Part shown: in pieces, positions 48,728 through 60,201 of the stretch
Numbering within the stretch: position 1 is the stretch's first letter
How the letters are laid out: each line of letters begins with the position of its first letter
Source: Planctomycetota bacterium
GTDB lineage: Bacteria; Planctomycetota; PLA2; JAEUHO01
Reading direction: 5' to 3'
NCBI GenBank assembly: GCA_965223505.1
Contig: CBDCWP010000044.1
Span: forward strand, 32,001-96,000
Length of the DNA stretch: 64,000 bases
Translations under genes and position numbers: made by a program
Notes under the pieces: generated by a model
Databases searched by the model: none
What the model was told of the DNA's origin: nothing
What the model saw: the letters and a program-made list of their open reading frames with translations, nothing else

Positions 48728-48960
48728 GCGAACGCACTGAGAGAGAGGAAGCGAAACCAGGAATCGGACACCAACGGGCGCGTACTCCGGCGGGCCGCTG
48801 AGCGCATCAGCTCGTGTAGGCGATTGAGAGGCGCGTCCGACTCCCCCTCATGACGCCGCCCGAATAGGCGAGCTCGAAAACCCGAGTGGACGGATCCGAC
48901 CCTGGCGACGCGGAAAGGACGCACGGCCGACAGAAAAGGGCTTGCCATTCCCTAAACCGG
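48728..48960 (+). ncRNA. Candidate bridge/seek RNA in the IS110 right non-coding end
   Basis: 233-nt non-coding end; stem-internal loop-stem at 48809-48874 whose loop strands match the insertion target. Confidence 0.55.
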
Positions 48961-49051
48961 CGATCCTTGTGGTCGCCCAACTCGGCGTCTTGGGCAGCCA
49001 CAAGGGGCTGCCCCTACCTACGGCTTGGGCAGCCACAAGGGCTGCCCCTAC
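48961..49051. repeat. Right half of the interrupted REP plus two inverted REP copies
   Basis: 48961-48978; GGGCAGCCACAAGG(G)GCTGCCCCTAC at 48992-49017 and 49027-49051. Confidence 0.9.
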
Positions 49052-49055
49052 ACCG

Positions 49056-49353
49056 TCACGTGGACGTGGACGTGAACGTGAACCTGCACGACACCTGGAT
49101 CGCTCAGCGGTTCCACGCATACGACCCGTCCGCGCCGACCGCTGCGCCCACTGGCGTCCATGTCTGCGCGGGATCGCGATCGGGATCGGGATCGGGTGCG
49201 GGGGGGCCGCGCCGTGAAGGGTCCTCACGTGAACGTGGACGTGGACGTGAACCTGCACGACACCTGGATCGCTCAGCCGTTCCATGCACTCGGCCCGTCG
49301 GCGCCGACCGCGGTGCCCACTGGCGTCCCTGCGCGGGATCGGGATCGGGATCG
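49056..49353. repeat. Two copies of a ~135-bp unit bounded by hexamer microsatellites
   Basis: Units start at 49056 and 49225: (CGTGRA)x4, conserved core CCTGCACGACACCTGGATCGCTCAGC...GCCCACTGGCGTCC, then (GGGATC)x3-4. Confidence 0.88.
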
Positions 49354-49448
49354 TGGGCTCCGTAGGGGCGGGGCGAGCCCCGCCCGTCGCGTGAACACCC
49401 CGGGGGGCAGACATTGCGACCCCTGCGCCCGCCGACCAACGCAAGACC

Positions 49449-50213
49449 ATGACCCAACCCGGGTTCCATGACGCGCCCGCAAGGACCTGGAGACCCGTCA
49501 TTCCCGTCAGCTTCGTCATCCCCTGCTACCAGGAAGAAGAGTCCCTGGCCGACTTCGCCGAACACCTCGCGCAAGTGCCCGGGGACGAGATCGTCTTCGT
49601 CGACGACGGGTCCCGCGACGGCACGGCGGCCGCGCTTGCCGAGCTGGCCTCGCGCGACGAGCGCGTGCGCATCGAGACCCACGAGCGCAATCGGGGCGTC
49701 GGCGCCGCCATGCGCACCGGCTTCGACGCGGCCCGGGGTGACATCGTGGTCGTCTACGACGTCGATCGAACGTACCCGCTCGACGATGCGCGGAAGCTGA
49801 TCGACGCGGTCGCGAACGGCGCGTGTGACGTCGCCTCGGCCACGCCCTTCGCGCACGGCGGCGGGCTCGAGCGCGTGCCCGTCTTCCGTCGTCTACTCTC
49901 GCGCGGTGCCGTCTGCGCCTATCGGGTCGTGCTGGCCGGCCGCACCCAGGGCATGACGACGTACACGTGCGCCTTTCGCGCCTACCGCGCCTCGCAGCTC
50001 GAGACCCTGCGGTTCGCGAGCGACGGGTTCCCGGCCGCTGCGGAGATCATCGGGCGCCTGCTGTTGCGCCGCGCGCGCGTGGTCGAGGTGCCGTCGACGC
50101 TGCGGGCCCGGACGGAGGGTTCCAGCAAGATGCGCGTCGGCCGAACGTTGCTCGGCCACCTCTGGAACTGCGCGCGTCTTCTCTGGATTCGTGTGACGCC
50201 TTCGCGGGCCTGA
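49449..50213 (+). CDS. GT2 glycosyltransferase (DPM1/polyprenyl-P-sugar synthase-like)
   Basis: SFVIPCYQEE, VDDGSRDGT, HERNRGVGAA, DVD, FRAYR, RTEGSSKM. Confidence 0.9.
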   Translation: MTQPGFHDAPARTWRPVIPVSFVIPCYQEEESLADFAEHLAQVPGDEIVFVDDGSRDGTAAALAELASRDERVRIETHERNRGVGAAMRTGFDAARGDIVVVYDVDRTYPLDDARKLIDAVANGACDVASATPFAHGGGLERVPVFRRLLSRGAVCAYRVVLAGRTQGMTTYTCAFRAYRASQLETLRFASDGFPAAAEIIGRLLLRRARVVEVPSTLRARTEGSSKMRVGRTLLGHLWNCARLLWIRVTPSRA

Positions 50214-50281
50214 CGCGCCGGATCGCGGGTCGGAACGCACCCCCGCGCCAAATGACGCGCGAATGACCGGCCCTGACGACG

Positions 50282-51004
50282 ATGCCGCCCGTGACCGCCA
50301 CCCTCTCCCCTGTCGTGCCCGCGCCGACCGACCTGCGTTCGTGGAACCAGGCGCTCAACCGCACCCACGCCATGGCCGACATGCGCGCCCGCGCCGGCTG
50401 GATCGTGCGTGCGATCGAGGAGCGCCGCCGCGGCTGGGTGGCGCGCACGGTCGCGCGGCTGGCGCCGGCGACCGTCGTCGACGTCGGCTGCGAGGACGGT
50501 TGGATGGCCGAGGCCTACGCCGACGACGTGGACCGGCTCGTTCTCAGCGATCTCGATGCCGACGTCCTGCGTGGTGCAGCGCTCGCCGCGCGACCGGACG
50601 TCGAGACCGTCGTCAGCGACGCACTGCACCCGGACGCGTTGTTCGATCACATGGCGGGCGGCCGCGCCGACCTGATCGTGCTGAGCGCCTTGCTCGAGCA
50701 CGTGCCGCGGCCGGGCGACGTGTTGCGCGCGCTCACGCCCCTGCTGCGGGAAGGCGGGCGCTTCGTCGTCTACGTGCCGGCCGACGGCCCCATCCTGTTC
50801 TTGAAGTCGATCCTGAAGCGAACGCGGCTCGGCGCCCTGGTGCGCGGGCTGTCGCTCGATCCCGCGCCCGGGCACCTGCACGTGTTCGACCGCGCGCGCT
50901 TCTCCGCGTTGCTGCGTCCGTTCGGCGAGATCGAGCAGCTCGCGTTCGATCCGCTGTGCCTCGGGTACGTCGCCGTCCTGCGACCCGACGCGAGGGGCGC
51001 ATGA
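50282..51004 (+). CDS. Class I SAM-dependent methyltransferase
   Basis: VVDVGCEDG, LLEHVPRP, LREGGRF, HLHVF. Confidence 0.85.
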   Translation: MPPVTATLSPVVPAPTDLRSWNQALNRTHAMADMRARAGWIVRAIEERRRGWVARTVARLAPATVVDVGCEDGWMAEAYADDVDRLVLSDLDADVLRGAALAARPDVETVVSDALHPDALFDHMAGGRADLIVLSALLEHVPRPGDVLRALTPLLREGGRFVVYVPADGPILFLKSILKRTRLGALVRGLSLDPAPGHLHVFDRARFSALLRPFGEIEQLAFDPLCLGYVAVLRPDARGA

Positions 51005-51005
51005 C

Positions 51006-52775
51006 ATGTGCGGCTTCGTAGGCGTTCTCCAACCGCGCAGCGCGGGACCGGTGCGCGTCGAGACGTTGCGACGGTTGCTGCCGGCCATCCGGCACCGTGG
51101 CCCGGATCAAGAAGCGGTGCACGTCGACGGCGGCTTCGGCGTCGCGGCGGCGCGTCTCGCCATCCGGGGCGGGCCGGAGGGTGATCAGCCGCTTCGGCGT
51201 GACGGGTGCGCGATCGTCTTCAACGGCGAGCTGCTCTGCGCGGCGGCGCCGCTGCAGGGCATCTCCCATGCCGAGAACGACTCGGTGGCGTTCCTCGCCG
51301 GCGCGTCCACTTCGACGGCATCGAGACTCCTGCGCGGCAACATGGGCGCGGTCGCGATTCACGACGCCGATCACGCGCTGCACCTGCAGGCGGACCCGCT
51401 CGGCATCAAGACGATCTTCACCGCCGACGGCCCCGACGGTGCGCTCTGGTTCGGATCGGAGATCCGCGCGCTGCTGCATGCCGTGCCTTCCGCGCGGGCG
51501 ATGGACAGGACGGGCATGGCGGAGCTGCTTCGCTGGCAACGTCCGCGTTTCCACACACCCTTCCGCCACGTCCACGGCCCCATCCGCGGTCCCGGCCTGA
51601 CCGTCATCGAAGACGATCGCGGTCTGCAACGCGTTGTCGAGCAGGCGCCGACGATGCCGATCGCGCGATCGACGCACGATCCGGTGCGCGCGCTGCGCGA
51701 AGCGTGGCGCACGTCGGCTGCCGCGGCGGCGGTGGCGGACGAGCCCGTCTGCCTGTTCCTATCGGGCGGCCTCGACTCGTCCGCGGTCGCGGCGTTCGCC
51801 GATTGCCCCGAACTGATCGCGTTGACGGGGCGGTTCGAGGGCGCCGCGTTCGACGAGAGCGCGTCAGCGGCGGCCGTCGCCAAACACACGGGCATCCGTC
51901 ACGAGGTCGTGGACCTTCGCGACGAAGACCTCCTGCTGGACCTGCCCGACGTCATTCGCGCGCTCGAGATGCCGATGGCGGGCCCCGGCTCGCTCGCGCT
52001 GTGGCGCATGGCGAAGCGCGCGCGCGAACACGCCCGCATCGTGCTCACCGGCACCGGCGGCGACGAGCTGTTCGGCGGCTACGCGCGGACGGCGATCACG
52101 CTCGGTCGCGCCGGCATCTGGACGCGCGGGTACGAGTCGCTGCGTTCGAAGATCGAGTCGGCGGGCACGAACGCCCAAGCCCGGCTCAACGCAGCATTCG
52201 ATCGGTCGTCCGACCTCGAGCCGCTGCTCACGCGGGAGTTCCTGCACAGCTTGCCGGCGCCCGATCCGATCGAGACGGACGAACGTTCCGATCTCGACGC
52301 GGCGCTCGCCGAAGAGCGCACCGGTACGCTGAAGACGCTCCTGCACGTCGAAGACCGCGTGACGATGGCGCACGGCATCGAAGGCCGTCCCGTCGCGTGC
52401 CTCGGCTCGTTGCCGGAGATTTCGCGGCAGATTCCCGAAGCGTGGCTGGTGGGGCCCGACGGAGAGGGCAAACGCGCCCTGCGCGCCGCGCTGGAGGGCT
52501 GCATTCCCGAAGCGGTGCGTACGGACACGCGCAAGCGCGGCTTCCCGACGCCGTTCGCGCGCGCTGCGCGCGGCGCCGGCCGCGACATCGTGCTGCAGAT
52601 GCTGCACGACCGCCGCTTCGTGGAGCGCGGTTGGTGGAACGTCGAAGCCTGCCGGGCGCTCTTGGACGAAGCGCGCCCGGACTACGACCGCGCGTTGTGG
52701 GCGTTGCTTTCCTGGGAGACGTGGGCGCGCCTCTTTCTGGACGGTGACGCGTTCGAGGAGAGCTCCGTAGCGTGA
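51006..52775 (+). CDS. AsnB-like glutamine amidotransferase
   Basis: N-terminal MCG, HRGPD, FNGE, DPLGIK, LSGGLDSS, TGTGGDELFGGY, KRGFPTP. Confidence 0.88.
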   Translation: MCGFVGVLQPRSAGPVRVETLRRLLPAIRHRGPDQEAVHVDGGFGVAAARLAIRGGPEGDQPLRRDGCAIVFNGELLCAAAPLQGISHAENDSVAFLAGASTSTASRLLRGNMGAVAIHDADHALHLQADPLGIKTIFTADGPDGALWFGSEIRALLHAVPSARAMDRTGMAELLRWQRPRFHTPFRHVHGPIRGPGLTVIEDDRGLQRVVEQAPTMPIARSTHDPVRALREAWRTSAAAAAVADEPVCLFLSGGLDSSAVAAFADCPELIALTGRFEGAAFDESASAAAVAKHTGIRHEVVDLRDEDLLLDLPDVIRALEMPMAGPGSLALWRMAKRAREHARIVLTGTGGDELFGGYARTAITLGRAGIWTRGYESLRSKIESAGTNAQARLNAAFDRSSDLEPLLTREFLHSLPAPDPIETDERSDLDAALAEERTGTLKTLLHVEDRVTMAHGIEGRPVACLGSLPEISRQIPEAWLVGPDGEGKRALRAALEGCIPEAVRTDTRKRGFPTPFARAARGAGRDIVLQMLHDRRFVERGWWNVEACRALLDEARPDYDRALWALLSWETWARLFLDGDAFEESSVA

Positions 52776-55700
52776 GGATTCCCTTTGCCCGACTGATCTG
52801 GGAACGCTTCATCGCGTTGTGCGGCCGGCTCGGCGAGGGCGGTGCGGGCGGCGCCGCACGATGGGTCGTCTTCGTCGCGCTGATCGCCCATCTCGGCTGG
52901 TATCCCGGCGCCGGCAGCAGCGCGCTCAACGCCGACCCGATCAACTACGACGACCCGCAGGTGCTCGACGCGGCCGAGCGCAGCTCCGTGAAGGACATCC
53001 TCACCGGTCCGACGTACTACGCGTACAAGCCGATCTACTTCCTCAGCCTGAAGCTCGACCGGCTCTTCGGCGATCCCGTTCACGTCGGCCACACGATGAA
53101 CTGGTTGCTGCACGCGCTCTGCGCGGTGCTGTTGACGGTGCTGCTCGCCCACGTCTTTCGAAATGCGTGGTTGGCCGGGATCGCGGGCGCGCTGTTCGCC
53201 GTGCACCCGGCCCACGCGGAGAGCGTGGCGTGGCTGGCCGAACGCAAGGACGTCCTGTCGCTGGCGTTCGTCCTGTGGGCGCACATCTCCTTCCGCCTGC
53301 GCCGCGAAGACCGCGAACGCGGCGATCGCCCGTTCCGACCCGGCGACGCGTTCGTGCCCGCCCTCTGGCTGCTGCTCGGCGGCCTGACGAAAGGCACGGT
53401 CTGGTCGTACGCGGGCATCATCGCGATCGACGAGATCCTCCATCAGGCGCGCAAGGACGAGAGCGCGCGAGCGGGCGTCGTCGCCCGCTTGGCGCCGCTG
53501 TGCGTGGTCGCCGTCGGCGGGGTGGTGCTGGACGCGTGGATGGGGGCCGCGTACGGCCCCGGCGCCGTCAAACACGGCGTCGGCAACGGTGAGCTCGTCG
53601 CCGCCATGGGCGGCGTGCATCTGCAGTACCTCCTGAACGTGCTCGTTCCCGTCAACCTGGCGTTGGACTACGCGATCGACCCCGCGGGCTCGTTCGGTCT
53701 CGGCGCCTGGCTCGGCATCCTGCTCGCGGTGCTGGCCGTCGTCGGTCTCTTCGTGAGCCTGCGCCGTCGTTCGCTGCTCGGCGCGTTCGCGTGCAGCTTC
53801 TGGATCTTCGGCCTCGCGCCCGTGAACAACATCTGGCCGCGCACCTCGATCCTCATGGCCGATCGCTACCTCTACATTCCCGCGATCGGGGCCTATCTCC
53901 TGATCGCCTACGCGATCAACCGTTCTTCGACGTTCCGCAAACCGATTGCGGTCGCCGTCGTGGTCTTGCTCGGCACGCTCTGCATCGAGCGCACGCGCGA
54001 CTTCGCGGACTCCGAGACCGTATGGGCCGACACCATCGAGAAGGTGCCGCACAGCGCGCTGGCGTACATCCAGCTCGGGCAGGAGCACGCGCGGATGGGG
54101 CAGGGGCGCAAGGTCTACTACGAGCGCGCGCTCGAAGACGTCGATCACGTCTTCCGCATCGAGCCGCGGCCGCGCCTGGAGTTCCTGCTGCGCGCGCGGC
54201 TCGTGAAGTGCGCGGCGCTGGCCGGTCTCGGACGCATCAACGATCTCGCATGGGAGGCGGACGCGGCGATGGAGCTGGCGAACCAGCTCGAGCGCAGCCC
54301 GCTGTTGGGCGGCGACGTCAACGGCCTGAAGTCCGAGATCGAGATCTTTCGCGGACAGGCGCTCGAGGCGAAGGGCCTGACGCGGCCGGCGATCGAGGCC
54401 TACGATCGCGCCGTCAAGGCGGACCCGGACAACGGCGTGGCCCGCTACAACTTCGCCACGGCGCTCGCGGGACTGGGTGGCGAAGAGCTGCTGGAGGAGG
54501 CGGAGTTCAACCTCCGTTGCGCCCGTGAGCTCTTGCGCGGCGGCGACATCCACACGCTCGCGACGATCCAGCTCGCGACCGTGCTCGGCACCCGGGCGAC
54601 CGGCGCCCGCACCGACAGCGAGCGGGACGGGCTCGTGAGCGAGGCGCTTCGGCTCTTGCGCAACCACATGAAGCGCGTCGGACGCACGCCGGAGCTTCTG
54701 TACGCGTCGGCGATGATCCACCTCAACGTGCGGCGGGATCTGCCGCGGGTGAAAGAGCTGCTGTACGAGCTCAGCCAGGAGCACCCCGATCACGAGAAAG
54801 GCACGCGCCTGCAGGCGCAGATCTACTTCAACGAGGGCCAGCGCGAGCTGCGCAAGGGACGCAACAAGGAAGATCGCGCCGCGTTGCGCGAGGCGGTCCA
54901 GCGTTTCAAGTTCGCCCTCGAAGCAGATCCGTCTTTCTGGGAGGCGCACGTCGCGGCCGGCGACGCGTGGTCCGAGCAGGGGCTCTTCAACCGCGCGCGC
55001 GACCGCTACAAGAAGGCTGCGCAGATCGAGCGCGGCGCGCCCTGGATCAAGGGGCTCGTCGCTCGCACCCACGTGCTCGAGTGCTACATCCGCGAACAGG
55101 AGGCCGAAGACGAAGCCGCGCTTCGAAGCGCCGCTCAGGTCATGGCCGGCGGGATGCGACTCGACGTCGACCGCATCGACCTCGGCTTCATTCCGCTCGA
55201 AGACGAGCTGCCGTTGGTGCGAGAGGTCGCCGCTCTGCTCGAGGCAAACGAGGAGCCCGCGGCGACCCACGCCGCGAAGGCCTTGCGCGCCGTCGCGCGG
55301 CTGTGCGCCGGCGACCAGGACGGCGCGCTGGGGCTCGCCAACGAGGTGATGGCGGCGCTCGGCAGCGCCAGCCCGTCGCCGCTGCGCGACACGTGCCTCT
55401 TGATCCGCGCGGTCGTCTACACGCGCCGCACCGACTTCGACGAGGCGTACGACGCGTATCGACGGCTCGAGAAGAGCCGGCCGAAGGACGTCTTGCCGAA
55501 GCTGAGCATCCTGCAGCTCGACCAGCGCATCGCGCACGCGCGCCTCAACATCGCGCTCGGCGGCGGCAACCAGGCGCGCAAGGACGAAGCGAACGCGCGC
55601 GTCGCGGCCGTCGCGGATCGCATCCGGGCGTTTGCGGACGCGCACCCGGCGTCGGTGACCGCGGGGTTGCTGGCCACCGAGAGCGACATGCAGCAGGCGC

Positions 55701-57013
55701 GCTGGGTGCAGGCGCTCGCCCGCCTCAACGAGATGGCCGAGCGCTTTCCGAAGCACCCGTCGATCTATCGTGGTCGCAGCTACGTCCACATGGCGCAGCG
55801 CACGTCCACGCAGGACGAGATGCTGGGCCCGCACCTGATCAAGCTCGCCGGACGCGAGCTGCAGTACGCGCGCGCGCTCGATCCGCGCGACGTGCGCACG
55901 CACCTGGACGCCGCGAAGCTGAATCTGATGGCGCAGAACATCCGCGGCGCCGTGCAGCATGCGGAGCGCGCACGCGAGCTCGAGAGCTACGACGGCGGCC
56001 CGGCGTCGCGGTTGCTGGCGACGCTGTACGTCCGGTTGGCCCGGCAGGCGATCGAGGGGCGCCAGGTCAAGGAAGCCCAGCGGTTCATCGCGCGGGCGCG
56101 CAAGCTCGACCCGCAGAGCCCGGCGACCTACGTGCTGGAAGGCGAGCTGCTGCTCAACTCCACGGAACGGGACCGGCTCGCGCGCGCGCTCGAGCTCGGC
56201 AACACCGCCAAGAGCCTCGCGCCGCTCGACCTCGAAGCGCACCGATTCCTCGCGAAGTGCCATCGTCAAAAGGGCATCCAGGCGATGCTCGCCATCATGC
56301 GCATTCCCATGCCGAAGAACCCCGTGAACCAACCCGGGTTCGAGGCGCTGTCGCCGGACGAGCGCTCGAAGCTGCAGACGAAGTGGGCGATCGAGACGGA
56401 CAAGGCGCGCAAAGCCAAGGCGCGCTTTCGCGAGGCGGCGCTGGGGTCGTTCGACCTCGCGCTGACCCTCGATCCGGACGCCGAGGACGCGCCGGACATC
56501 CGCACGCGCATGGAGGAGCTGCGCAAGAGCGACCCCTCCTACAGGCGACGGCAGCTCATGGAGGCGCAGGAGCTGATTCCCAAAGCACGCGACCTGCGCG
56601 TGGCCGGCAAGGACCGCGACGCGCTTCGGCTCTACGAGGAGATCGTCGCGCTGGATCCGGCGAACCAGTTTGCGCACCAACACATCCTCGCGCTGACGTG
56701 GAAGCTGCTTCCGGGCTGGCGCAAGGACATCCCGGAGGAGCGCAAGCAGGAGCAATGGCTCGTCAACCGCGCGTTCACGTCGCTCCACATGCTGGACAAG
56801 CTCGACAAGAGCGGCGTGATCTTCGAGCGCCACCTCTTCCGGGGACTGCTCAACGCGCACCTCTACAAGCAGGAGAAGAGCGAGGAGCTGCGGGTCGTGG
56901 CCAAGCGCGAGCTCCAGCGCTACCTCGAGCTCACGAAGGACCGGCCGGACAGCCCGAACGTCGCCCGGGCCCGGAGCTGGTTGGAGCGGGTGAAGTCCAA
57001 GAAGGGCGGTTAG
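52772..57013 (+). CDS. TMTC-like GT-C membrane glycosyltransferase with very long TPR tail (1413 aa)
   Basis: NYDD, YKPI, NWLLH, LFAVHPAHAESVAWLAERKDVL, ADRYLYIP, then about 1000 aa of TPR-like repeats. Confidence 0.87.
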   Translation: MRIPFARLIWERFIALCGRLGEGGAGGAARWVVFVALIAHLGWYPGAGSSALNADPINYDDPQVLDAAERSSVKDILTGPTYYAYKPIYFLSLKLDRLFGDPVHVGHTMNWLLHALCAVLLTVLLAHVFRNAWLAGIAGALFAVHPAHAESVAWLAERKDVLSLAFVLWAHISFRLRREDRERGDRPFRPGDAFVPALWLLLGGLTKGTVWSYAGIIAIDEILHQARKDESARAGVVARLAPLCVVAVGGVVLDAWMGAAYGPGAVKHGVGNGELVAAMGGVHLQYLLNVLVPVNLALDYAIDPAGSFGLGAWLGILLAVLAVVGLFVSLRRRSLLGAFACSFWIFGLAPVNNIWPRTSILMADRYLYIPAIGAYLLIAYAINRSSTFRKPIAVAVVVLLGTLCIERTRDFADSETVWADTIEKVPHSALAYIQLGQEHARMGQGRKVYYERALEDVDHVFRIEPRPRLEFLLRARLVKCAALAGLGRINDLAWEADAAMELANQLERSPLLGGDVNGLKSEIEIFRGQALEAKGLTRPAIEAYDRAVKADPDNGVARYNFATALAGLGGEELLEEAEFNLRCARELLRGGDIHTLATIQLATVLGTRATGARTDSERDGLVSEALRLLRNHMKRVGRTPELLYASAMIHLNVRRDLPRVKELLYELSQEHPDHEKGTRLQAQIYFNEGQRELRKGRNKEDRAALREAVQRFKFALEADPSFWEAHVAAGDAWSEQGLFNRARDRYKKAAQIERGAPWIKGLVARTHVLECYIREQEAEDEAALRSAAQVMAGGMRLDVDRIDLGFIPLEDELPLVREVAALLEANEEPAATHAAKALRAVARLCAGDQDGALGLANEVMAALGSASPSPLRDTCLLIRAVVYTRRTDFDEAYDAYRRLEKSRPKDVLPKLSILQLDQRIAHARLNIALGGGNQARKDEANARVAAVADRIRAFADAHPASVTAGLLATESDMQQARWVQALARLNEMAERFPKHPSIYRGRSYVHMAQRTSTQDEMLGPHLIKLAGRELQYARALDPRDVRTHLDAAKLNLMAQNIRGAVQHAERARELESYDGGPASRLLATLYVRLARQAIEGRQVKEAQRFIARARKLDPQSPATYVLEGELLLNSTERDRLARALELGNTAKSLAPLDLEAHRFLAKCHRQKGIQAMLAIMRIPMPKNPVNQPGFEALSPDERSKLQTKWAIETDKARKAKARFREAALGSFDLALTLDPDAEDAPDIRTRMEELRKSDPSYRRRQLMEAQELIPKARDLRVAGKDRDALRLYEEIVALDPANQFAHQHILALTWKLLPGWRKDIPEERKQEQWLVNRAFTSLHMLDKLDKSGVIFERHLFRGLLNAHLYKQEKSEELRVVAKRELQRYLELTKDRPDSPNVARARSWLERVKSKKGG

Positions 57014-57017
57014 GGCG

Positions 57018-57758
57018 GTGGCGACCGCAGGCGACAAGCGCGGTCCCGGCCCCGAGCGGGCCTTCGCCGATCCGCTGCCGGACGCCGGGGCCGTGACGCT
57101 CGGCGACGCCGAGTCCGCGCATCTGGTGCGCTCGCGCCGGGTGCGCGAGGGCGACGCGGTCGTGCTCTTCGACGGGAAGGGCGGCTCCGTCCTCGGGCGT
57201 CTCACCGTCGCGGACGCCAAGGCCGCGGTGATCGAGGTCGAGGGTCCGTACCCGGACCGCGAGCCCGCGCGCGTCGTGCGCATTGCGGTGTCGCTCCCCG
57301 AGTCGGGCCGGGCCGACGGCATGGTCGCGACCCTCGCGGAGCTCGGCGTGACGACACTTCGGCCGCTTCGCTGCGCTCGCACCCCGCCCAAGCGGGCGCA
57401 GCCGTCCGCCAACCGAATCGGGCGCTGGCAGCGCATCGTGCGCGAGGCGGCCAAGGTCAACGGCCGCAGCCGGCTGATGGACGTGCTGCCCGCGCGCGCG
57501 CTGGACGAGCTGCTCGCCGCCGACCCCTGCGTCCTGCTCGACCCGGACCCCGACGCGCAACCGCTCGCAAGCGTATTGCCCCGGCAATCGGACGTACCCT
57601 GGTTGCTGGTGGGGCCCGAGGGCGGGTTTACGGAAGACGAGATGCGCGCGGCCGCGCAGGCCGGCGCGGCGACCGCCCGCCTCGGCCGAACGGCACTGCG
57701 AACCGACACCGCGGCCGTCGCTGCGGCATCCATCGCGCTCGCGTGCTCGGTGAATTAG
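57018..57758 (+). CDS. rsmE: 16S rRNA m3U1498 methyltransferase
   Basis: HLVRSRRV..LFDG, ELGV, VGPEGGFT..E, LGRTALRTDTAA. Confidence 0.9.
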   Translation: MATAGDKRGPGPERAFADPLPDAGAVTLGDAESAHLVRSRRVREGDAVVLFDGKGGSVLGRLTVADAKAAVIEVEGPYPDREPARVVRIAVSLPESGRADGMVATLAELGVTTLRPLRCARTPPKRAQPSANRIGRWQRIVREAAKVNGRSRLMDVLPARALDELLAADPCVLLDPDPDAQPLASVLPRQSDVPWLLVGPEGGFTEDEMRAAAQAGAATARLGRTALRTDTAAVAAASIALACSVN

Positions 57759-57800
57759 CTTTCTGCCAAGGCGGTCTGGCATTTGCGGAGAGGCGTCGCC

Positions 57801-59819
<2,019 letters not shown>

Positions 59820-60201
59820 GTGCGCAGCGCTCGGCAACTTCCTTACCGGCGAGTGCAAAGGCACTTACCAATCCGATCCGGATGCCAAGGCGGGATGGTC
59901 ACCGAGTTGGCAGCCGACGGATCCGCCACAGTTCGCCACGAACGTAACACCCTGTCCAAAAGAGAGTTCTGACGTCGCAAGGAGTGCAGATCAAAGGAAT
60001 GGGCGTTGCATTGGCGGGCTGCAGCCCGGTAGTGTTCCGCCTTCGAGCGGGGGGTCGCTTCTCGACCCGGATTTTCGCCGCTGAAGCCACGTTCGCCGGG
60101 TCCGAACCCAGATTCGATCGAGGAGAACGCCGGTGGAAGGGCTCAGCAGCCGCTCGCTGCAGCAGGAACCGAACGACGGGTCCCACGAGGAGAAGGCTGG
60201 T

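Larger units (their letters stand above)
47600..48960 (+). mobile_element. IS110-family element (1361 bp) inserted in a REP
   Basis: Flanks GTAGGGG (47593-47599) and CGATCCTTGTGGTCGCCC (48961-48978) rejoin into one REP; GG at both junctions; contains the transposase. Confidence 0.88.

Noticed and set aside
47592..48956. TGTAGGGGATGG / CCATTCCCTAAA as subterminal inverted repeats of the IS
   Set aside because: 10/12 match, but the left copy overlaps the REP half-site. REP reconstitution explains the ends better; other copies would settle it.
48886..49471. Short ORFs with VDVDVNVN or RDRDRD repeats
   Set aside because: Translations of the hexamer microsatellites; no RBS or coding signal.
52682..57733. 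1683-aa minus-strand ORF and similar long antisense ORFs (18379-21765, 26173-29232, 29327-32425, 1056-3245, 62709-63998)
   Set aside because: Shadow frames of high-GC genes; no motifs, and the opposite strand encodes recognisable proteins.
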